Origin: Rebecca billardiae RCC1528
Taxonomy: Eukaryota > Protista > Haptophyta
Direction of reading: 5' to 3'
DNA: 64,000 nucleotides
NCBI GenBank assembly: GCA_965240325.2
Contig: OZ251244.1
Span: 1-64,000 of the forward strand
Shown here one piece after another: positions 1 to 12,599 of the stretch. The notes under the pieces are model-generated. The model did no database searches and was not told where the DNA came from. It saw only the letters and a program-made list of their open reading frames with translations. Each line of letters starts with the position of its first letter. Position 1 is the first letter of the stretch. Both the position numbers and the translations under genes were made by a program.

Positions 1-235
1 CTACCAACCCCTAACCCTAACCCTAACCCCCTACCCTAACCCTAACCCTAACCCCTAACCCTAACCCTAACCCTAACCCTAACCCTAACCCTAACCCTAA
101 CCCTAACCCTAACCCTAACCCTAACCCTAACCTAACCCTAACCCTAACCCTAACCCTAACCCTAACCACCTAACCCTAAACCCTAACCCTAACCTAAACC
201 CCTAACCCTAACCCTAACCCTAACCCTAACCCCTA

Positions 236-268
<33 letters not shown>

Positions 269-421
269 CCCTAACCCTAACCCTAACCCTAACCCTAACC
301 CTAACCCTAACCCTAACCCTAACCCTAACCCTAACCCTAACCCTAACCCTAACCCTAACCCTAACCCTAACCCCTAACCCTAACCCTAACCCTAACCCTA
401 ACCCTAACCCTAACCCTAACC

Positions 422-458
<37 letters not shown>

Positions 459-541
459 TAACCCTAACCCTAACCCTAACCCTAACCCTAACCCTAACCC
501 TAACCCTAACCCTAACCCTAACCCTAACCCTAACCCTAACC

Positions 542-582
<41 letters not shown>

Positions 583-672
583 CCCTAACCCTAACCCTAA
601 CCCTAACCCCTAACCCTAACCCTAACCCTAACCCCTAACCCTAACCCCTAACCCTAACCCCTAACCCTAACC

Positions 673-713
<41 letters not shown>

Positions 714-776
714 CCCTAACCCTAACCCTAACCCTAACCCCTAACCCTAACCCTAACCCTAACCCTAACCCTAACC

Positions 777-817
<41 letters not shown>

Positions 818-909
818 CCCTAACCCTAACCCTAACCCTAACCCTAACCCTAACCCTAACCCTAACCCTAACCCTAACCCTAACCCTAACCCTAACCCTA
901 ACCCTAACC

Positions 910-950
<41 letters not shown>

Positions 951-959
951 CCCCTAACC

Positions 960-1000
<41 letters not shown>

Positions 1001-1010
1001 CCCTAACCCT

Positions 1011-1048
<38 letters not shown>

Positions 1049-1316
1049 CCCTAACCCTAACCCTAACCCTAACCCTAACCCCTAACCCTAACCCCTAACC
1101 CTAACCCTAACCCTAACCCTAACCCTAACCCTAACCCTAACCCTAACCCTAACCCTAACCCTAACCCTAACCCTAACCCTAACCCTAACCCTAACCCTAA
1201 CCCTAACCCTAACCCTAACCCTAACCCTAACCCTAACCCTAACCCTAACCCTAACCCTAACCCTAACCCTAACCCTAACCCTAACCCTAACCCTAACCCT
1301 AACCCTAACCCTAACC

Positions 1317-1357
<41 letters not shown>

Positions 1358-1518
1358 CCCTAACCCTAACCCTAACCCTAAACCTAAACCCTAACCTAAC
1401 CCTAACCCTAACCCTAACCCTAACCCTAACCCTAACCCTAACCCTAACCCTAACCCTAACCCTAACCCTAACCCTAACCCTAACCCTAACCCTAACCCTA
1501 ACCCTAACCCTAACCCTA
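1..1518. repeat. Telomeric array (CCCTAA)n, i.e. TTAGGG telomere at the chromosome end
   Basis: About 250 tandem CCCTAA units with scattered 1-nt indel variants, starting at window position 1. Confidence 0.99.
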
Positions 1519-2153
1519 GAGCCAAGCCAAGCACGCGCCGCTCTCACCTCTACCCGGCGGATCGGAGCCGCCCGACACATATGCTCGACGGCCAGCAAGC
1601 GCTCGCTCGAGAGCGGGCCCTGCGTGACCGTCCCTACGCACCTGTTTGCTCTCACAGTCACTCGCCGACCCCGCCGAGCGCGCGCGCGGCCGGTAGGTGA
1701 CCAGAGCCAAGCCAAGCACGCGCCGCTCTCACCTCTACCTGGCGGTTCGGAGCCGCCCGACACATATGCTCGACGGCCAGCGAGCGCTGGCTCGAGAGCG
1801 GGCCCTGCGTGACCGTCCCTACGACTACGCAGCTATTTGCTTCCTTAGTCGCTACTCGCCCTTGAGCCGCCGAGCGCGCGCACGGCCGGTAGGTGACCAG
1901 AGCCAAGCCAAGCACGCGCCGCTCTCACCTCTACCCGGCGGTTCGGAGCTACCCGACACATATATTCTCGACGGCCAACGAGCGTGTGCTCGAGCGCGGG
2001 CCTTGCGTGACCCCCTTCGCCTCGCGGCTATTTGCTCTAACTGCCACTGCTGAACCGGCGCCGACGGCGCGCGCGCGGCTGGTGAGGGGCGCTGAGTCTG
2101 ACGAGGCCGCGCCCAGCACATATTCTCGCGACGGCCATCGGGCGTGCTGCTCG
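1518..2153. repeat. Telomere-adjacent ~185-196 bp tandem repeat (3 copies plus a degenerate 4th)
   Basis: AGAGCCAAGCCAAGCACGCGCCGCTCTCACCTCTACC starts at 1518, 1703 and 1899; divergence increases inward. Confidence 0.9.
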
Positions 2154-2179
2154 TACCACCCGGCACGAAGCCGACACGC

Positions 2180-2880
2180 GCCAGCTTTCGCCGAGCCGAA
2201 GGCGAGCGAGAGCTGACGCGCGCTCGCGGCCGCGCAGGCCGCTGCTGCTGCTGCTTCGTGGTGCGCGGCCGAGCCGGCCACGCGTGCGCGCCCTCGCCCG
2301 AGCGCGGCGGCGACAGGTCGGTGCGAGGTGATGGGGCGGCTCATATGCACCCCGTGCGGCGCTGTGCCGCCGCACACCACCTTTCGCCGAGCCGAAGGCG
2401 AGCAAGAGCTGGCGTGCGGTCGCGGCCGCGCAGGCTGCTGCTGCTGCTGCCGAGCACACTGCCGAGCCGGCCGCGCGCGCATTACCGCCGCCACCTCGCG
2501 GCGCGATCTTGGCGGAGGCGAGGGAGCGGCCCATCGGGACCCCGTGCGGCGCTGGCCCGCAGCGCGCAAGATCGCGCAGCGCAGTTGGCGAGCGCGGGCC
2601 GCGGCGCCGACGCGGCCGCGCGCGTGCCGGCTGCCGCTGCTGCTGCTGCCGCTGCTGCTGCTGCCGAGTGCACGGCCGCGCGCGCATCATCGCCGCCACC
2701 TCGCGGCGCGATCTTGGCGGAGGCGAGGGAGCGGCCCATCGGGACCCCGTGCGGCGCTGGCCCGCAGCGCGCAAGCTCGCGCAGCGCCGTTGGCGAGCGC
2801 AAGCTGCGGCGCCGACGCGGACGCGAGCGCGCTGGCTGCCGCTGCTGCTGCCGAGCGCACGGCCGAGCCGGCGGCGGCGC
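2180..2880. repeat. Degenerate ~200-bp tandem repeats with CTG-rich tracts
   Basis: CTTTCGCCGAGCCGAAGGCGAG at ~2185 and ~2381; an ~85-bp block CGCCGCCACCTCGCGGCGCGATCTTGG... at ~2486 and ~2691. Confidence 0.75.
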
Positions 2881-2914
2881 CGGGGCAGGGCGTGCGCGGC
2901 GCGAGCGCCGGAGC

Positions 2915-3940
2915 TTCGGCTTCGCATGCAGCCCGGAGCAGCGCAAACATCGTAACACTATCGGCCGGCGCTGCCCCGCACGCCGCGCGCGCGCTCGCGC
3001 CGCACGAGGCGGCGCGGAGGCGCCGGCCCGCGGCCGGGCGCGGCGCCAACGCGCGCCACTGCCGCGCGCAGGCAGCCGTCACACCGCGCACGCGAAATCC
3101 AACGGGCTCGCCACCGCGCCCCGTGAGCGCCGAGCCGCCGCTGCGCGCGCCTCCGCGCGGCGCACGCCCGAGAGATGACGCCCACACCCGCCCCGCCGGA
3201 GGAGAGGGCCGGCCGCCATCATCGCATTCTGACTGTTGAGCGGCGCCGCTCTGCAAATCTCGCCGAGCAGATCTCGAGCTCTCGGCACGATCTCGGCAGG
3301 CGACGAGCTCACGATGGCGGCTGCCCGCCGCCGCCGCCTCGAGCGCACGCAGCGGCGGGCCGCGTGCACGCGCCGCGCCATCCGGGACACGGCGAGGCGA
3401 TGGGCCGCGCCCGACCGGCGGTCCGCCTTGCGACACGCCGACACACCGTGAGGGCAACAACCATCCCCTGACACAGCACGCCCGCGCCCGCGCCAGCGCG
3501 CTGACGTGTGCGCCGCGCGGTGGGACGAGAGGGCTCCAGCGAGCGCGGTGCGCGGCGCGAAGCCTAAAGGCACGCGTGTGGACCGCGCTGTCCAACAACG
3601 CCCGTTTCATCTCCACCCGCGCCGACGCGCTCTCGTGAGGCCGCGCCGAGGGGCGCGCGGCGGCGCGCGGCGGGACGGGCGCGAGCGCCGGCGGCTCAGC
3701 CTCACGTGCAGTCTGGAGCAGCGCACGAACCGTGGCCCACTCGGCCCGCGTCGCCAAAGTACGCCGCGCGCGCGCACTCGCGCCGCGCGCGCCGCGCCAG
3801 GCAGCGTGGAGACGCGCGCCCGTGCGCGAGCAGCCGCCGCTGGGCACACGCGAGAAGAGGCGGGCCGACCGCTGCGGTGCGTGAGCGCCGCCGCGCGCCT
3901 CCGCGTGGCGCCCGCCCGCGAGAGGACGCCCAAACGGCCG
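2915..3940. repeat. Old direct duplication with ~760 bp offset
   Basis: TGCAGxCxGGAGCAGCGCA at ~2927 and ~3707; GTGAGCGCCG...GCGCGCCTCCGCG...GACGCCCA at ~3123 and ~3881. Confidence 0.6.
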
Positions 3941-3997
3941 CCCCGCTGGAGAGGGTCGACCAGCGAGCGCCATCTCAGGCCGCGCCAGGGGCCGCTC

Positions 3998-4200
3998 TGC
4001 CTGGTTGTCACCGCGGATGGCGGCGTGCGCACGTGCGTCGCACCGCTACCTCGCCACCGAGTCCCGCCTGCTCGTGCCGACGCGCTGGAGGCGGTGCGCG
4101 CGGCGGCCGGTCACGCGCGCCTGCTCACGCTGAGCGAGGCGGGCGCCGTATACGCGCGCGGCCGCAACCAGTGCGGCCAGCTGGGGCTGGTCAGCACGGT
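3998..4200 (+). pseudogene. RCC1-repeat fragment (decayed)
   Basis: Translation AAAGHARLLTLSEAGAVYARGRNQCGQLGL fits the RCC1 pattern xAGxxHxLxLxxxGxVYxWGxNxxGQLG with W replaced by R; no complete gene context. Confidence 0.6.
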
Positions 4201-4564
4201 CGAGCGGCAGGCCTCGGTGCAGCGCCGGGCGCGCGGCCCTAGATCTTACCGTACACGATCACGAGCGCGCACGGCAGCAGTCGTCGTAGACGGTGCAGCA
4301 GCTGCTGCGCACGCCGAGGGCAGGTCGACGAAGTGTTCGATGGGGGGGCGGGGCGGGGGCAGCCTTGACAGACGCGCAGCGCTCGAGCGGCCAGCCTCTC
4401 CGACGCGGGCTCGCGCTCGTCCGCGCCGTCGCCGCGTACAATCCAACGCCCCGAAAGGCAGTAGGCCTCCGTCACTCCGTGTAGCACGATCCACCGGAGG
4501 GCGGCATCCCACCGCTCCATCGCGACCGTGCGGCAGCACCGCCCCGCACTCGGCTACGCTGCCA

Positions 4565-4777
4565 CGGCGGACCACTCGTCCCTCGTCAGCCGCGACGACG
4601 TAGTCTCGGCCGGTTTCTTTAGTCGGCGGTGACTATGCGTATAGCGCGAACCAGCTAGCCAATCGCTAGTCTCATATAGTTTCTAGGCGCCGAATCCGCA
4701 GATCAGATAGCAAGCCCCAGTTTATTCTTAACGTGACAGCTACTCCTTATTGCCCGCTATTATTGCGCCTGCTGAAT
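4565..4777 (-). mobile_element. Decayed partial copy of the MITE at 62453-62960 (left arm, inverted)
   Basis: Collinear with the reverse complement of 62453-62614, with 11 small insertions over 4565-4757. Confidence 0.9.
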
Positions 4778-5164
4778 ACATCAGCACCATTGTCTAAGTC
4801 GATCGCGGGCGGACCGCAAGTCCGCGCCGCGGCCACCGTCGCGTCACGGGCGCGCGCCGCGAGCAGTAGCTAGTACTCGAAGTTGCGGCGCCGTGCAGCA
4901 CTATCGGGCACTTATGCTATCCGCGCGTACTGACTACTGGCGGCGGCGGCGAGCGACTAGGTGAGTAGGCTACTACTACTAGGACGCGCACCGAGGACGG
5001 GCCCCGGGCGCAGCGCCCTACTACGACGCTTCAGAGTCGGTTTACCGGTGGTATATAGAGAGGCACTGCACCGCCGCTTGCTTCGGCGCGCGCCGCCCTC
5101 CGAGCTGATAGCGCGTCGGCTGCACGGCGTCGGCAGAGCCAGTGATAGTCCGCCAGACACAAGC

Positions 5165-8100
5165 GCCCGCGCGCCGAGCGCAGCTGCTCGAGCGCGGAGC
5201 GGCCGCGCGGAAGCTCGGCGCTGCGGGAGCCCACGCGCCTCGACGCGTACGACAAATCGCCGCAGCGCGTTTCCAGCACCGTCCGCCGACTCGAGGCGCC
5301 GCTGGGCGGCGCGCGGCACCGCGCGCACCAGTCTGCAGCCTCGCTCGAGTGCGCGCGCAGCTGCGCGCGCGCCCGTGCGCGCGCCGAGCCCAGCGGCTCG
5401 AGCGCGGAGCGGCCACGCGGAAGCTCGGAGCGGCGGGAGCCCACGTCCCTCGACGCGTACGTCAAATTGCCGCAGCGCGTTTCCAGCACCGTTCGCCGCC
5501 TCGACGCGCCGCTGGGCGGCGCGCGGCACCGCGCGCACCAGTCTGCAGCCTCGCTCGAGTGCGCGCGCAGCTGCGCGCGCGCCCGTGCGCGCGCGCCGAG
5601 CCCAGCGGCTCGAGCGCGGAGCGGCCACGCAGAAGCTCGGCGCGGCGGGAGCCCACGTCCCTCGACGCGAACGTCAAATTGCCGCAGCGCGTTTCCAGCA
5701 CCGTTCGCCGCCTCGACGCGCCGCTGGGCGGCGCGCGGCACCGCGCGCACCAGTTGGCAAGTCTGCAGCCTCGCTCGAGTGCGCGCGCAGCTGCGCGCGC
5801 GCCCGTGCGCGCGCGCCGAGCCCAGCGGCTCGAGCGCGGAGCGGCCGCGCGGAAGCTCGGCGCGGCGGGAGCCCACGCGCCTCGACGCGTACGACAAATC
5901 GCCGCAGCGCGTTTCCAGCACCGTCCGCCGACTCGAGGCGCCGCTGGGCGGCGCGCGGCACCGCGCGCACCAGTCTGCAGCCTCGCTCGAGTGCGCGCGC
6001 AGCTGCGCGCGCGCCCGTGCGCGCGCGCCGAGCCCAGCGGCTCGAGCGCGGAGCGGCCACGCAGAAGCTCGGCGCGGCGGGAGCCCACGTCCCTCGACGC
6101 GAACGTCAAATTGCCGCAGCGCGTTTCCGGCACCGTCCGCCGCCTCGAGGCGCCACTGGGCGGCGCGCGGCACCGCGCGCACCGCCCGGCAAGTCTCGAG
6201 TGCGCGCGCAGCTGCGCGCGCGCCCGTGCGCGCGCGCCGAGCCCAGCGGCTCGAGCGCGGAGCGGCCGCGCGGAAGCTCGGCGCGGCGGGAGCCCACGCG
6301 CCTCGACGCGTACGACAAATCGCCGCAGCGCGTTTCCAGCACCGTCCGCCGACTCGAGGCGCCGCTGGGCGGCGCGCGGCACCGCGCGCACCAGTTGGCA
6401 AGTCTGCAGCCTCGCTCGAGTGCGCGCAGCTGCGCGCGCGCCCGTGCGCGCGCGCCGAGCCCAGCGGCTCGAGCGCGGAGCGGCCACGCAGAAGCTCGGC
6501 GCGGCGGGAGCCCACGTCCCTCGACGCGCACATCAAATTGCCGCAGCGCGTTTCGAGCACCGTCCGCCGACTCGAGGCGCCGCTGGGCGGCGCGCGGCAC
6601 CGCGCGCACCGCCCGGCAAGTCTCGAGTGCGCGCGCAGCTGCGCGCGCCCGTGCGCGCGCGCCGAGCGCAGCGGCTCAAGCGCGGAGCGGCCGCGCAGAA
6701 GCTCGGCGCGGCGGGAGCCCACGTCCCTCGACGCGAACGTCAAATTGCCGCAGCGCGTTTCCGGCACCGTCCGCCGACTCGAGGCGCCGCTGGGCGGCGC
6801 GCGGCACCGCGCGCACCGCCCGGCAAGTCTGCAGCCTCGAGTGCGCGCGCAGCTGCGCGCGCGCCCGTGCGCGCGCGCCGAGCCCAGCTGCTCGAGCGCG
6901 GAGCGGCCGCGCAGAAGCTCGGCGCGGCGGGTGCCCACGTCCCTCGACGCGTACGTCAAATTGCCGCAGCGCGTTTCCAGCACCGTTCGCCGCCTCGAGG
7001 CGCCGCTGGGCGGCGTGCGGCACCGCGCGCACCGCCTGGCAAGTCTGCAGCCTCGAGTGCGCGCGCAGCTGCGCGCGCGCCCGCGCGCGCGCGCCGAGCC
7101 CAGCGGCTCGAGCGCGGAGCGGCCGCGCGGAAGCTCGGCGCGGCGGGAGCCCACGTCCCTCGACGCGAACGTCAAATTGCCGCAGCGCGTTTCCGGCACC
7201 GTCCGCCGACTCGAGGCGCCGCTGGGCGGCGCGCGGCACCGCGCGCACCGCCCGGCAAGTCTGCAGCCTCGAGTGCGCGCGCAGCTGCGCGCGCGCCCGT
7301 GCGCGCGCGCCGAGCCCAGCTGCTCGAGCGCGGAGCGGCCGCGCAGAAGCTCGGCGCGGCGGGTGCCCACGTCCCTCGACGCGTACGTCAAATCGCCGCA
7401 GCGCGTTTCCAGCACCGTTCGCCGCCTCGACGCGCCGCTGGGCGGCGCGCGGCACCGCGCGCACCGCCCGGCAAGTCTGCAGCCTCGAGTGCGCGCGCAG
7501 CTGCGCGCGCGCCCGTGCGCGCGCGCCGAGCCCAGCTGCTCGAGCGCGGAGCGGCCGCGCAGAAGCTCGGCGCGGCGGGTGCCCACGTCCCTCGACGCGT
7601 ACGTCAAATCGCCGCAGCGCGTTTCCAGCACCGTTCGCCGCCTCGACGCGCCGCTGGGCGGCGCGCGGCACCGCGCGCACCGCCCGGCAAGTCTGCAGCC
7701 TCGAGTGCTGCGCGCGCGCCCGTGCGCGCGCGCCGAGCCCAGCGGCTCGAGCGCGGAGCGGCCACGCAGAAGCTCGGCGCGGCGGGAGCCCACGTCCCTC
7801 GACGCGAACGTCAAATTGCCGCAGCGCGTTTCCGGCACCGTTCGCCGCCTCGACGCGCCGCTGGGCGGCGCGCGGCACCGCGCGCGGCAGTCTGCAAGTC
7901 TGCAGCCTCGCTCGGGTGCGCGCGCAGCTGCGCGCGCGCCCGTGCGCGCGCGCCGAGCCCAGCGGCTCGAGCGCGGAGCGGCCGCGCAGAAGCTCGGCGC
8001 GGCGGGAGCCCACGTCCCTCGACGCGTACGTCAAATCGCCGCAGCGCGTTTCCAGCACCGTTCGCCGCCTCGACGCGCCGCTGGGCGGCGCGCGGCACCG

Positions 8101-11100
8101 CGCGCACCGCCCGGCAAGTCTGCAGCCTCGAGTGCGCGCGCAGCTGCGCGCGCGCCCGTGCGCGCGCGCCGAGCCCAGCGGCTCGAGCGCGGAGCGGCCA
8201 CGCAGAAGCTCGGCGCGGCGGGAGCCCACGTCCCTCGACGCGAACGTCAAATTGCCGCAGCGCGTTTCCAGCACCGTCCGCCGCCTCGAGGCGCCGCTGG
8301 GCGGCGCGCGGCACCGCGCGCACCAGTCTGCAGCCTCGCTCGAGTGCGCGCGCAGCTGCGCGCGCCCGTGCGCGCGCGCCGAGCCCAGCGGCTCGAGCGC
8401 GGAGCGGCCGCGCGGAAGCTCGGCGCGGCGGGAGCCCACGCGCCTCGACGCGTACGACAAATCGCCGCAGCGCGTTTCCAGCACCGTCCGCCGCCTCGAC
8501 GCGCCGCTGGGCGGCGCGCGGCACCGCGCGCACCGCCCGGCAAGTCTGCAGCCTCGAGTGCGCGCGCAGCTGCGCGCGCGCCCGTGCGCGCGCGCCGAGC
8601 CCAGCGGCTCGAGCGCGGAGCGGCCACGCAGAAGCTCGGCGCGGCGGGAGCCCACGTCCCTCGACGCGAACGTCAAATTGCCGCAGCGCGTTTCCAGCAC
8701 CGTCCGCCGCCTCGACGCGCCGCTGGGCGGCGCGCGGCACCGCGCGCACCAGTCTGCAGCCTCGCTCGAGTGCGCGCGCAGCTGCGCGCGCGCCCGTGCG
8801 CGCGCGCCGAGCCCAGCGGCTCGAGCGCGGAGCGGCCACGCAGAAGCTCGGCGCGGCGGGAGCCCACGTCCCTCGACGCGAACGTCAAATTGCCGCAGCG
8901 CGTTTCCGGCACCGTCCGCCGACTCGAGGCGCCGCTGGGCGGCGCGCGGCACCGCGCGCACCGCCCGGCAAGTCTGCAGCCTCGAGTGCGCGCGCAGCTG
9001 CGCGCGCGCCCGTGCGCGCGCGCCGAGCCCAGCTGCTCGAGCGCGGAGCGGCCGCGCAGAAGCTCGGCGCGGCGGGTGCCCACGTCCCTCGACGCGTACG
9101 TCAAATCGCCGCAGCGCGTTTCCAGCACCGTTCGCCGCCTCGACGCGCCGCTGGGCGGCGCGCGGCACCGCGCGCACCGCCCGGCAAGTCTGCAGCCTCG
9201 AGTGCGCGCGCAGCTGCGCGCGCGCCCGTGCGCGCGCGCCGAGCCCAGCTGCTCGAGCGCGGAGCGGCCGCGCAGAAGCTCGGCGCGGCGGGAGCCCACG
9301 TCCCTCGACGCGAACGTCAAACTGCCGCAGCGCGTTTCCGGCACCGTCCTTCGACTCGAGGCGCCGCTGGGCGGCGCGCGGCACCGCGCGCACCGCCCGG
9401 CAAGTCTGCAGCCTCGAGTGCTGCGCGCGCGCCCGTGCGCGCGCGCCGAGCCCAGCGGCTCGAGCGCGGAGCGGCCACGCAGAAGCTCGGCGCGGCGGGA
9501 GCCCACGTCCCTCGACGCGAACGTCAAATTGCCGCAGCGCGTTTCCGGCACCGTTCGCCGCCTCGACGCGCCGCTGGGCGGCGCGCGGCACCGCGCGCGG
9601 CAGTCTGCAAGTCTGCAGCCTCGCTCGGGTGCGCGCAGCTGCGCGCGCGCCCGTGCGCGCGCGCCGAGCCCAGCGGCTCGAGCGCGGAGCGGCCGCGCAG
9701 AAGCTCGGCGCGGCGGGAGCCCACGTCCCTCGACGCGTACGTCAAATCGCCGCAGCGCGTTTCCAGCACCGTTCGCCGCCTCGACGCGCCGCTGGGCGGC
9801 GCGCGGCACCGCGCGCACCGCCCGGCAAGTCTGCAGCCTCGAGTGCGCGCGCAGCTGCGCGCGCGCCCGTGCGCGCGCGCCGAGCCCAGCGGCTCGAGCG
9901 CGGAGCGGCCGCGCAGAAGCTCGGCGCGGCGGGAGCCCACGTCCCTCGACGCGAACGTCAAATTGCCGCAGCGCGTTTCCGGCACCGTTCGCCGCCTCGA
10001 GGCGCCGCTGGGCGGCGCGCGGCACCGCGCGCACCAGTCTGCAGCCTCGCTCGAGTGCGCGCGCAGCTGCGCGCGCCCGTGCGCGCGCGCTGAGCCCAGC
10101 GGCTCGAGCGCGGAGCGGCCGCGCAGAAGCTCGGCGCGGCGGGAGCCCACGTCCCTCGACGCGAACGTCAAATTGCCGCAGCGCGTTTCCGGCACCGTTC
10201 GCCGCCTCGAGGCGCCGCTGGGCGGCGCGCGGCACCGCGCGCACCAGTCTGCAGCCTCGCTCGAGTGCGCGCGCAGCTGCGCGCGCCCGTGCGCGCGCGC
10301 TGAGCCCAGCGGCTCGAGCGCGGAGCGGCCGCGCAGAAGCTCGGCGCGGCGGGAGCCCACGTCCCTCGACGCGTACGTCAAATCGCCGCAGCGCGTTTCC
10401 AGCACCGTTCGCCGCCTCGACGCGCCGCTGGGCGGCGCGCGGCACTGCGCGCACCGCCCGGCAAGTCTGCAGCCTCGAGTGCGCGCGCAGCTGCGCGCGC
10501 GCCCGTGCGCGCGCGCCGAGCCCAGCGGCTCGAGCGCGGAGCGGCCACGCAGAAGCTCGTCGCGGCGGGAGCCCACGTCCCTCGACGCGCACGTCAAATT
10601 GCCGCAGCGCGTTTCGAGCACCGTCCGCCGACTCGAGGCGCCGCTGGGCGGCGCGCGGCACCGCGCGCACCGCCCGGCAAGTCTGCAGCCTCGAGTGCGC
10701 GCGCAGCTGCGCGCGCGCCCGTGCGCGCGCGCCGAGCCCAGCTGCTCGAGCGCGGAGCGGCCGCGCAGAAGCTCGGCGCGGCGGGAGCCCACGTCCCTCG
10801 ACGCGTACGTCAAATTGCCGCAGCGCGTTTCCAGCACCGTTCGCCGCCTCGACGCGCCGCTGGGCGGCGCGCGGCACCGCGCGCACCAGTTGGCAAGTCT
10901 GCAGCCTCGCTCGAGTGCGCGCGCAGCTGCGCGCGCGCCCGTGCGCGCGCGCCGAGCCCAGCTGCTCGAGCGCGGAGCGGCCGCGCAGAAGCTCGGCGCG
11001 GCGGGAGCCCACGTCCCTCGACGCGTACGTCAAATTGCCGCAGCGCGTTTCCAGCACCGTTCGCCGCCTCGACGCGCCGCTGGGCGGCGCGCGGCACCGC

Positions 11101-12450
11101 GCGCACCAGTCTGCAGCCTCGCTCGAGTGCGCGCGCAGCTGCGCGCGCCCGTGCGCGCGCGCCGAGCCCAGCGGCTCGAGCGCGGAGCGGCCGCGCGGAA
11201 GCTCGGCGCGGCGGGAGCCCACGCGCCTCGACGCGTACGACAAATCGCCGCAGCGCGTTTCCAGCACCGTCCGCCGCCTCGAGGCGCCGCTGGGCGGCGT
11301 GCGGCACCGCGCGCACCGCCTGGCAAGTCTGCAGCCTCGAGTGCGCGCGCAGCTGCGCGCGCGCCCGTGCGCGCGCGCCGAGCCCAGCGGCTCGAGCGCG
11401 GAGCGGCCACGCAGAAGCTCGGCGCGGCGGGAGCCCACGTCCCTCGACGCGCACGTCAAATTGCCGCAGCGCGTTTCCAGCACCGTTCGCCGCCTCGACG
11501 CGCCGCTGGGCGGCGCGCGGCACCGCGCGCACCAGTTGCCAAGTCTGCAGCCTAGTGCGCGCAGCTGCGCGCGCGCCCGTGCGCGCGCGCCGAGCCCAGC
11601 GGCTCGAGCGCGGAGCGGCCGCGCGGAAGCTCGGCGCGGCGGGAGCCCACGTCCCTCGACGCGTACGTCAAATTGCCGCAGCGCGTTCCGAGCACCGTCC
11701 GCCGACTCGAGGCGCCGCTGGGCGGCGTGCGGCACCGCGCGCACCGCCCGGCAAGTCTGCAGCCTCGAGTGCGCGCGCAGCTGCGCGCGCGCCCGTGCGC
11801 GCGCGCCGAACCCAGCGGCTCGAGCGCGGAGCGGCCGCGCGGAAGCTCGGCGCGGCGGGAGCCCACGTCCCTCGACGCGTACGTCAAATCGCCGCAGCGC
11901 GTTTCCAGCACCGTTCGCCGACTCGAGGCGCCGCTGGGCGGCGCGCGGCACCGCGCGCACCAGTTGGCAAGTCTGCAGCCTCGCTCGAGTGCGCGCGCAG
12001 CTGCGCGCGCGCCCGTGCGCGCGCGCCGAGCCCAGCGGCTCGAGCGCGGAGCGGCCGCGCAGAAGCTCGGCGCGGCGGGAGCCCACGTCCCTCGACACGT
12101 ACGTCAAATCGCCGCAGCGCGTTCCGAGCACCGTCCGCCGACTCGAGGCGCCGCTGGGCGGCGCGCGGCACCGCGCGCACCACCTGGCAAGTCAGTTGGC
12201 GCGCGCAGCTGCGCGCGCGCCCGTGCGCGCGCGCCGAGCGCAGCGGCTCGAGCGCGGAGCGGCCGCGCGGAAGCTCGGCGCGGCGGGAGCCCACGCGCCT
12301 CGACGCGTACGACCGATTGCCGCAGCGCGATTCGATCGCCGTCCGCCGCCTCGACGCGCCGCTGGGCGGCGCGCGGCACCGTGCGCGGCACTCGGCAAGT
12401 TGCACTCGGCTGCACTCGCGGCGCGCGCGGAGCACACGGCTCGAGCGCGG
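5165..12450. repeat. Subtelomeric GC-rich satellite, ~207-220 bp unit, ~34 copies
   Basis: Unit core CTCGACGCGxACGxCAAATxGCCGCAGCGCGTTTCC counted 34 times from ~5240 to ~12330; the last copy is degenerate. Confidence 0.97.
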
Positions 12451-12599
12451 GGCGGCCGCGAGGAGGTGCTCGGCGGTGGCGCTCGGCGGAGGCGGTGCTC
12501 AGCGGTGGCGCGCCCACGGGCGCACCCAAAGCCGCAGCCGCGCGGGGCGCGGCTGCGCAGCCGCTTGCGGCGCCACACAATCGGCCCTCGTCGGCCGGC

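Noticed and set aside
1335-1763. (RV)n ORF
   Set aside because: Translation of the telomere repeat
1518-2100. Conserved-repeat/variable-spacer look resembling CRISPR
   Set aside because: Units are ~190 bp, the variable parts are homologous to each other, there are no cas genes and the context is a eukaryotic subtelomere
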